Assembly (NCBI GenBank): GCA_037447605.1
Contig: CM074815.1
Coordinates: forward strand, 2,170,001-2,234,000
Length of the DNA stretch: 64,000 nucleotides
Direction of reading: 5' to 3'
From: Zygnema circumcarinatum SAG 698-1b
Lineage: Eukaryota; Plantae; Zygnematophyceae
This document shows, one piece after another, positions 10,174 to 19,600 of the stretch; position 1 is the stretch's first letter, and every line of letters begins with the position of its first letter. The notes under the pieces are model-generated. The model saw only the letters and a program-made list of their open reading frames with translations, had not been told where the DNA came from and searched no databases. The translations under genes were made by a program, and so were the position numbers.

Positions 10174-12719
10174 TTAATGGGGAGGGGGAGGAATAACACA
10201 CACTCATATACGTAGCAATGGCATAAGCGAAGGAACGGGAGGCACAAGCAAAAGGAAGGGAAGACAGAGGCAAGGGCAACACAGCAAGGGGCAAAAGCAA
10301 AGGAGGCTAGGGCATGGGCAAGGGAGGCAAAATGCGGAATGCGGAATGCGAAATGAGGAATGCAGAATGCAGAATACCAAATGCAGCATCCAAAAAATAA
10401 TAAAAATTGCTGCAGCAGTAACAACATAAAAGCAAAAGCAGAAAAAGCAACTCCAAAAAAAGCAGCAGCAGCAGCATCAACAATAGCAGCAGCATAAACA
10501 GCAGCAACAGCAGCAGTAGTAGAAAAAGAAGCAATAGCAGCAGCAGCAGCAAGAGTAACAACAAATAGCAATAGCAACAGAAAAAGAAGCAGCAGCAGGA
10601 GCAGCAACAGGAGCAGCAACAGGAGCAGCAACGGCAGCAACAGTAGCAACAGCAGCAGCAACAGCAACAACAGCAGTAACAACAGCAATAGCAACAACAG
10701 CAGCAACAGTAGCAACAGTAGCAGCAGGAGCTGTAGCAATAGCAGCAGGATAAGAAGCGACTAGAGCTGCAGCAGTAGCAGCAGAAACAGCAGCAACAGC
10801 AGCAGCAACAGCAACAACAGCAGTAACAGCAACAATAGCAACAACAGCAGCAACAGTAGCAACAGTAGCAGCAGGAGCTGTAGCAGTAGCAGCAGGATAA
10901 GAAGCGACTAGAGCTGCAGCAGTAGCAGCAGAAACAGCAGCAACATCAGCAGCAACAGCAACAACAGCAGTAACAGCAGCAACAGCAGCAACAGTAGCAG
11001 CAGGAGCTGTAGCAGTAGCAGCAGGATAAGAAGCGACTACAGCTGCAGCAGTAGCAGCAGAAACAGCAGCAACAGCAGTAGCAGCGGCAGCAGCACAACA
11101 ACAACAGCAGAAACAGCAGATGAAGAAGAAGAGGCAGCAGCAGCAGCAAAAAAACCAAGAGCAAAAAAAGCAACAGCAACATCAACTGCAGCAGCAGGAG
11201 ATGTAGCAGCAGAAACAGTATCAACAGCAGTAGCAGCGGCAGCAGCACAACAACAACAGCAGAAACAGCAGATGAAGAGGAAGAAGAGGCAGCAGCAGCA
11301 GCAAAAAAAGCAAGAGCAAAAAAAGCACCAGCATAAGAAGCAGGAGCAACATCAACAACAGCAGCATAAAAAGCAGCAACAGCAGCAGTAGCAAAAAGAG
11401 CACCAAGGGAGACAAAGGATGCATGAGCAAAGGCGAGGGAGGCAGGGGCAGGTGCAAGAGCACAGGAGGCAGGGGCAAGGGAAAGGGAGGCAGGGGGAAG
11501 GGCAGGGAAGGCAGGTGCAGAGGCAAGGGCAAGGGAGGCAGGTGCAAGGGCACGGGAGGCAGGGGCAAGGGTAAGGGAGGCAGGGGCAAGGGCAAGGACT
11601 CACCGCTGCTCAAGTCCGCCGTCGTCCCCATAAACCGATCGCGCTCTTGCCGTGGTCGACGGCACACCGCTCACCGTTCACTGGGGTGAGGCGAGAGGAC
11701 GCTCTGCTCGTTCCGCTGCAAGGATAGCTCGGCCATGGCGAGGGAGGAGCCCTAAACCCTAAACCCGAGCTGATATGAGCTCGCAGCGAGCGAGCAGGCG
11801 GGCAGGCGGCGGGCGCGAGGCGCCGCGGCGGGACGCCGGTCGCGCGGTGGTGACGCGCGTAGCGACAAAACGGAGGGCGGCGGGCGGCAGGCGGCGGAGG
11901 GAGCGCGGGGGGGCGAAAAGGGGGGAGTCAAACCTGGCCCGGAGATACGGAGGCAAAATAATTGCTCTCTGGAATTCGTGACGCCCGAGCCTGTCGAACG
12001 TCCACTTTTCGCGGAATTGGGCTGCCGTACAACGCGGAATTAGGGTCGGGGGTTTTCTGAATTGATTTGGCGCTGGTCTAAGTCTGACTCCCCCTATTGA
12101 GAGCTTGGACCAATCAAAATTTCCACGTCAAAAATGTAACACGTGGCACCTGTTGATTGGCTGGGAGCTAACAATGACGAGATCTCGGGCCGATCGACGC
12201 GCGCACTCGCACGTGCGATTCGGCTTTGACGGGACTCGTGGGCGCTTTCCATTCGCTAAGATCGAGCCCGGCTGAAGATCGAACGGTGACCTGCAGTGAT
12301 GCGATCTGCGAGGGAATCGACAGCTGCGATTGACACACACGTGTGAAGGACGGACACCGGCGAACAATCTCGTGGCGGACGGATCTTCCACTTCGAGCGG
12401 ATTCGGGCTGGCAGATATTTCTTTCCCTCAAAAAAAAATTTCAGCTAGGCGGGATACAGTATTCAAAATGCAGTGACGGGGTATCATTTTCCTTGGTTAG
12501 CAAAAATAAAATCAGCCGACGGAAGAAGGTGGGTATCGATTCCAAAAAGGTGTGAAAAAAGCATTTTCCGTTTTTAATCCCTTTTGAAATCTGCCCGGCC
12601 GGGAAGGGGTGTTTGGATCCAAAAAAGGGGTGGAAATATCACTACCCTTTCTTTGCTTTTGTTTAAATAAAACAAGGAAAAACGACAAAAATAAACCACA
12701 GCTAAACGACAAAATTATT

Positions 12720-13205
12720 CCACGTGGCGACCACTGAAGAAGCATAAGCTTCGACCAGCTGTCACGTAACGACAAGTGGACTACACCTGCAACGTGGCCT
12801 GTTTCAAATGGCCAGGCTTCCTTTTGTCCCGCCCCTGCCCTTCCTCTCCGCCAATCACAAACCGACTTCGCACGTGTGAAAAAAACTTTCCAACTCGACT
12901 CGCGTTGAAAAACGAGACTCGGCCCGGTTTGCAACCTGCGAAGTAAACCGGAACAGAGAACGCGCCCAATACCCTCTTTGTACCCGATCCCACGTGGCTA
13001 GCCCCGGCCCGGCCCGGCCCATCGGCGCGATCTCCCGCGCGAACGGTCGACCAATGGGAGCGCTCCGCCGAGCCACGCGGATCAGGCCAGCCGCCACGTG
13101 GACACGAGGACCACCACGTGGCGTGCAGGGATTGGCTGGGAGGCGCCAATCCCGGCGGGTTTCAGCAGGGGAGATCTGGCGGGGCGCTGAGCGGGCGCCA
13201 CGTGG
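12720..13205. promoter_or_regulatory. G-box/ABRE cluster (CCACGTGG) with CCAAT boxes upstream of the F-box gene
   Basis: CCACGTGG at about 12720, 12990, 13094, 13116 and 13198, with CCAATC/ATTGG motifs, directly before ATG 13302. Confidence 0.5.
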
Positions 13206-13301
13206 AGGGAGAGAAGGGAGGGAGGGAGGGAGGGAGGGAGAGAGGGAGGGAGAGAGGGAGGAAGAGGGAGAGGGAGAGGAGGTTTAGGGCGGAGGGGGGC
13301 C

Positions 13302-14317
13302 ATGTCGAAGGGGCTGTGGGCGGAGGAGCTCGCGGCCATGGTGGGGGCGATGAGGCTGGGGAGTGCGGCGGAGTTTCCGGAGGAGATACTGCTTCAGGTG
13401 GGAGAGAGGGAGAGGGAGAGGGATAGGGAAGGGAAGAGGGAGAGAGCAAGGGGAAGGAGAGAGTGAGAGGGAGGAGGACATGGGAGAGAGTGAGTGAGAC
13501 AGGGAGAGAGATGGAGAGAGTGGGAGAGCGAGACGACGATGGAGGGAGAGGGAGAGAGAGGAGGGACGGGGAGGAAGGGAGAGTGGTTGGGAGAGGGATA
13601 CGGAAGTAACAGGGAGAGGGAGCGAGAGAGTTATATAGGACATGGAGAGGCAGGTGGTGCGACAAGGAGTGGGAGCGTGAGAGCGAGAGGGAAGGTGAAG
13701 AAGGAGAGAGGGAGGGAGAGACGCACAGAGAATAGAGAACAATGGGAGAGGAAGTGGGAGGTGAAAGGAGTTCATTTAAACCATGCATGCGATTCTCGCA
13801 CGTGTCAGGATTGTGTGCAGGAAAAAACAGGTTACAGGTTAAAAACAGGTTTCAATTACTTTGAAGAAGTGCAGCAGTTGTTTGCACGAGGGCAGGCATT
13901 TGGAGACCTCCAAGTGTTGTCTGGAGGTCACACGGGAGGGAGAGGGAGAGGGAGTGGGAGTGGGAGGGGAGGGAGGGAGGGAGGGAGAGGGAGAGGGAGA
14001 GGAGAGAGACAGAAAGGGAGGGAGGGAGAGGGAGAGGAGAAGGGAGAGGGAGGGAGGAAAGGGAGGGAGGGAGGGAGGGAGAGGGAGAGGGAGAGGGAAA
14101 AGAAAGGGAGAGGGAGAAAGGAGGGGGAAGAAAGGGAGGGAGGGAAGGGTTCAAGTCCGAGAGGGAAAGGGAGGTTGAAGGACAACGACAAGGAGAATAG
14201 GAAGGAGGGAAGGTGGAGAAGAAGGAAGTTAGTGAGAGATAGAGAGAGTAGAGAGGAGGCAGCAGAGGGAGAGCGAGAGAGAGTGAGGGAGAGAGAGTAG
14301 AGGGAGAGAGAGAGGAG

Positions 14318-14371
<54 letters not shown>

Positions 14372-16591
14372 GCGCTAGTCCCGGTAAAGAAAGGGAAAGG
14401 TACATTTTTATAACACAGGAATGCGAATGCTACAACAGCATGCCAGCTGACGGATTTCGAGAATGACAGAGTTGTCAAATTTTGCATAGAACCGTCAGTT
14501 GCAGTATCTTCCATAATTTGCTATTTTTTTTTTTCAACAGATCTTTTCCCAGCTCAATGCGGACGACCTGATACGTGCCTCCCAAGCAAACAAGAGATGG
14601 CGCCAAATTTCGTGTTCGGAGGAGCTTTGGCAGAGACTCTGCCGCAGGAGGTGGAGGATCTGGGGAGGTTCCATGCCCAGTCCGTTTGAAAATCCGTTGA
14701 GTGTTCCACTAGTCGACGGAACTGCAGCGGAGGACATGGAACCGCCGCGGCCTGCAGAAGCGGGGGAGGGGGCTGACGGCGGTTCTATGCACGCTCGAGC
14801 CGTAGTGGGTGACGGAACGGAGCACATGCGCAGAGGGGTTGATGCTGGTGCTGGAGCAGAAGATGGAGGCGGCAGCGCGGAGAGGGAGAGGGAGAGGGAG
14901 GGGCGGGGAGAGAGGGAGAGGGAGGGAGAGAGGGAGGGGGAGGGGGAAAGGGGAAGGGAGAGGGAAGGGGAGGGGGAGGGAGAGAGGGAGAGGGAGGGAG
15001 AGGGGGAAGGGGAGAGGGAGAGGGAGACAGAAAGGAGGCTGTCGTGGCGGGAAGTGTACAGGGAGAGAGTGCAGATGGAGGGAGAGGTGCGAAGGCTGGT
15101 GGAGGACATGGCATGGCCTTTGAAGCGGCCAGGATGTCTGCGACGCCTTGAAACGTTAGGGGTGCTTGTAGCAGAGGTACTTTCTCTCACTCTCTCTCTC
15201 TCTCTCGCTCTCTCTCTCACCACTCTCTCGCTCACTCCCTCTTTCACTATCTTCTATCCCGAATGTGTACATGATGTTCATTGCTTGTTTCCCTTCCATC
15301 TTTCTCTTACTCTGCCTCGACTGCTTCTCTGTGTCTCACTCTCCCTGCTCCTGTCGATCCCCCCTTTTACCCTGCCTCCATCTCTTTAACAATCATTTGA
15401 TTTCAACTCATATAAACACAACAAGAAGCCAAAGACACCTCCTATTTCCAGAGCAACTTTCTAACCTTTTCAACTCTGAAACCCGGATCTTGAACCCCCG
15501 CTCCCGCTCGCTTCCTCTCTCTCCCACTCCCTTCCTCTCCCTCTCTCTCCCCCTCTCTCCCTCTCTCCCTCTCTCCCTCTCTCCCTCTCTCCCTCTCTCC
15601 CTCTCTCCCTCTATCCCTCTCTCTCCTCTCCCTCTCTCCTCTCTCCCTCTCTCCCTCTCCCTCTCTCCCTCTCTCCTCTCCCTCTTCCTCTCTCTCCCTC
15701 TCTTCCCTCTCTCCCTCTCTCCCTCTCCCTCTCTCCCTCTCTCCCTCTCTCCTCTCTCCCTCTCCCTCTCCTCCTCTCTCCCTCTCTCCCTCTCTCCCTC
15801 TCTCCCTCTCTCCCTCTCTCCCTCTCTCCCTCTCTCCCTCTCTCCCTCTCTCCCTCTCTCCCTCTCTCCCTCTCTCCCTCTCTCCCTCTCTCCCTCTCCC
15901 TCTCCCTCTCTCCCTCTCTCCCTCTCTCCCTCTCTCCCTCTCTCCATCCTCTCCCTCTCTCCCTCTCTCCCTCTCTCCCTCTCTCCCTCTCTCCCTCTCT
16001 CCCTCTCTCCCTCTCTCCTCTCTCCCTCTCTCCTCTCTCCCTCTCTCCTCTCCTTTCCTCTCCCTCTCTCTCTCCCTCTCTCCCTCTCTCCCTCTCTCTC
16101 CCTCTCTCCGTCTCTCCCTCTCCCTCTCTCCCTCTCTCTCCCTCTCTCCCTCTCTCCCTCTCTCCCTCTCTCCCTCTCTCCCTCTCTCTCTCTCCCTCTC
16201 TCCCTCTCCCTCCCTCTCTCCCTCTCTCCCTCTCTCCCTCTCTCTCTCTCCCTCTCTCCCTCTCTCCCTCTCTCCCTCTCCCTCTCTCCCTCTCTCCCTC
16301 TCCCTCTCCCTCTCTCCCTCTCTCCCTCTCTCCCTCTCTCCCTCTCTCCCTCTCCCTCTCTCCCTCTCCTCTCTCCTCTCCTCTCTCTTTCTCATCCTCT
16401 CTCCTCATCTCCCTCTCCTCTGCTCTCTCTCTTCTCTCTCCTCACAGGAGCTGAACCGGCTCAGGAGCGGGGCAGCCTGAGGGGGAGGCTCGTCACTTGC
16501 GCAGCAGCAGTGCAGCGATCACGCGCGGGCCTGCGTGGAGGAAATGCGGACCTTTCTCGCGCTGCCGCAGGAGGAGGTCTCTCTCTCTGTT

Positions 16592-16634
<43 letters not shown>

Positions 16635-19600
16635 TTCTTTCTCTCTCTCTCTCCAGCTCCCTCTCCCACACTCTTCTCTTCCTATATTTGCCCTTCTCTC
16701 CACGTTTCTCGATCGTCCTTCCTCCCTCGACCCCGCTCTCCCTCTGCCCTGCTCTCGTCCTCACTCCTCGTCGTCTTGCTCCCTTCCTCCCTCCTGACCC
16801 CCTCTCCCTCTCCCCTGCTGTCTCCCTCGCTCGCTTTACCTCTCATTTCCACTTCTTCTCTCTTCCTCTCTCCATCTTTCTCCACCCTCCTTCCTCCCTC
16901 TGTCCCTCTCCCTCACCCCTGCTCTCTTCCTCCATCTCTTTTCCTCTCGCCACCTTCTTCCTCCCTCCCTCTCCCTCTTCCCTGCTGTCTCAATCTCCTT
17001 TCCTCTCCCTTTCTCTCTCTCCGTCTTTCTTCATCTCCCTTCCTCTCTCTCCCTGTCCCCTGCTCTCCCCCTCTCCCTCTCCCTCTCTCGTCCCTCCCCT
17101 ATCTCCCTCGTCATCTTTCTGCATCTCCCTTTCCCTCTCCCTCTCTCTCCCGCTCACCCTCCCTCTCCCTCTCCCTGTCCCTTGCTCTCTCCCTCTCTCC
17201 CTCCCCCCCTCTCCCCTCTCCCCTTCTCCTTCTCCCTCTTCTCTCCCCCTCGGAGGGTCATGCAGATGGAGGACCGCATCGCGTCAGGGGCACTCATCAT
17301 CGCCAAACTCCGGTGCAGTCCTCTTCCTTTTCTTCTTTAACTTTGTAAACTTGCCCACTTCATATATAGATATATTCTCCGTTTTCTATATACTTTTAAT
17401 AAAAATATTCTTCGACTTTCGAGTTTCTGATGTTCTCGTCAGTCACCCACGCTTTTTTCTTTTTCTTGTTTTTATCACTTTCATTGAAATATTTTAGAGG
17501 GAATTGTCTTATCGGTTGCTGTGCAGATATCGGAATTTGGATGTCCGAGCTGTCGAGCAGCGATTGGACGAAATCGCAGCGATTCTGCAAAGACGGCTTG
17601 ACAGCGATGCAGAGTAAATTCACCTCGTTTTCTTAAAGTCAACTTTTCACTTCCTCACATGACAGGTTTTTATGAACCATCTTCTTAATTTTTAGTGATT
17701 ACGCCAAAAATTTAGGGTTTGAAATTCTTCAAGTCTTTCCACATTTCTTCAACTGATTCTGTGCATCGATTTTTTTGGGTTTTCTCGGCATTTCCGAGGC
17801 TTTGCACGGTTTAAAATCGAGGGTTTTACTTTATTGAGGTTTGAGGAGTTTATGTTTTTTGACATCTTCAAACCCCTCTCTCCATCTTCACTTCCTCTCG
17901 CCCTCCCGCCTTTCCCCCCTTTCTTCTACTCTCCTCTTTCTCTTCCTCCCCCCTACCTCCCCTCCCTCGCTCCCTCCCCCTCTCCCCCCCTCCCCCCATC
18001 CCTCCCTCCCTCCCTCCCCCCCTCCCCCCTTCCCCCACTCCCCTCCTTCCTTCCTCACCCCCTCCCCCGCTCCCTTTCCCTCCCTCCCTCTCCNNNNNNN
18101 NNNCCCTCCCTTCCTCCCCCCCTCCTCCCTCCCACCCTTCCCCCGCTCCCTCCTCTCCCTCCCTCCCTCCCTCTCCCTTCTTCTTCTTCTTCTTCTTCTT
18201 CTTCTTGTTCAGGATAGCGCAACTCGGCGGGCTGCAGAGTCCCGCGGGGCAGCTCGCCGCTCTGAAGGAGCTCAACGCCCTCCTCTTCGGGCGGGAGGGG
18301 GAGGAGGACCCCCACTGCCTGCGGTTGGAGGGGAACAGGGAGGACTACTACTCGCCGAGAAACTCCTACTTGAATGATGTGTTGGAGTCAAGGCGAGGAA
18401 TTCCCATAAGGTACGGAACTGCAGTTTCAACGGAACGGTGGAGGGTGGGGTCGAGGCGAGAGTTCCCTGTTGGAGAGATGAGGGTTCTGCTCTTGGCTGG
18501 GAAATAGACCGATTAGATAGTAAACTCTGAAATACAATAAGAAAAGGGTGTGCTCTGAGAGTTTTCATGCGTTATAGAAAACGGTGGATCGACTTTGTCT
18601 TGAGTTTTCATAATTTGAGCCTTCCTCTATTAATCTCCAAAGGTACAAAACTGTCCATTTCCCGTACACTGCTAAAGAACCCAAACTCCAAGAAAGCCCC
18701 AACAATCCCAACACAATCCTAACCTTCTTAAGTGCCCAGAAACTGTTGAGCCTTGTTGAGCATATAACTTAACAAGCGAGCGTTGGGGCGATGGGTCCCT
18801 GCATGCATGCATGCATGCATGGGTGCAGTCTGGCGGTGATCCATGCATGCATAGGGCGGCGGTGCGGCATCCCCCTGCGCATGGTGGGCATCCCCATGCA
18901 CTTCCTCACCAAGGTGGGGAGGGAGGGGGAGGAGGGGGAGCGCTTTGTGGACGTGTTCGACCGCGGCCACCTCATGCTGAGGGAGGACTGCGTCGACCTC
19001 GTCAGGTGCCCAACCACCAACCCTAAAACAAAAAATATAAAAAAATAATAATGATAATGATGATAATATGACACGCAAGTATGTTATTTGGTGTCTAGAT
19101 ATATACCCGTGCAAGAGTTGGTCCTAGGAATGAATGCGCCCATCATTTTTAAATTTAAAAAAAGGCAAGCTTGCGCGAAGGTTTGTTGCATGAAACTTGG
19201 TTTTGTAGAAGAACTATTGGTTATTCGTTTCATCTGCATTCATCGATTTCTAACTTTTTATAGCGATTAATGGGGGAAATTGTGCTGTTGCTGACGTGGC
19301 AGATCCATGGGCCTCCCGTTCGCCCCCCTGCACCTGGAGGCGGTGGCCCCGCCACGTGTCCTCGCGCGCATGTGCAACAACCTCCTCGCCATCTACGGGC
19401 AGGCAGGTCGCTGCCGGCCAAAGAACAAACCCTAAAACAATACTTCAACGGAGCAGAATACAATTTACAGAACAGAACGGAATGCAATGGAACAGAACAG
19501 AACAGGAGGGAGACAACGGTGTAAAAGAGAGCGGGACTGCTACTCTAAGTCATGCAAGTGGTTTGGAGTTTTACGGTTTTGAGGCTGGAGGGGTGTTGCG

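Larger units (their letters stand above)
6904..12094. mobile_element. Nested 5.2-kb foldback (palindromic) element with GGGGGAGTCAGAC termini and TA flanks
   Basis: TA|GGGGGAGTCAGACCTTGACCA at 6902-6924 versus TGGTCTAAGTCTGACTCCCCC|TA at 12074-12096. Internal arms 7357-8945 and about 9575-11625 are inverted copies made of the same modules (CCCTTG repeats, GCT/CAG tracts, GCATTCC heptamers, tRNA-like module). No transposase ORF. Confidence 0.75.
6505..12647. mobile_element. Non-autonomous TIR DNA transposon (Mutator- or hAT-like) with long TIRs and an 8-bp TSD; about 950 bp once the nested insert is removed
   Basis: Left end GGGTAGTGATATTTCCACCCCTTTTTTGGATCCAAAC (6505...) is the reverse complement of the right end (...12647). 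The match is near-identical for about 190 bp and recognisable to about 330 bp. Direct repeat TTTCTTTG at 6497-6504 and 12648-12655. Confidence 0.85.

Noticed and set aside
15265-17497. 300-500 aa ORFs of SLSLP/ERERG type (also 42183-42992, 51044-51583, 56228-57268, 59229-59835)
   Set aside because: CT/GA microsatellite introns or intergenic DNA that simply lack stop codons.
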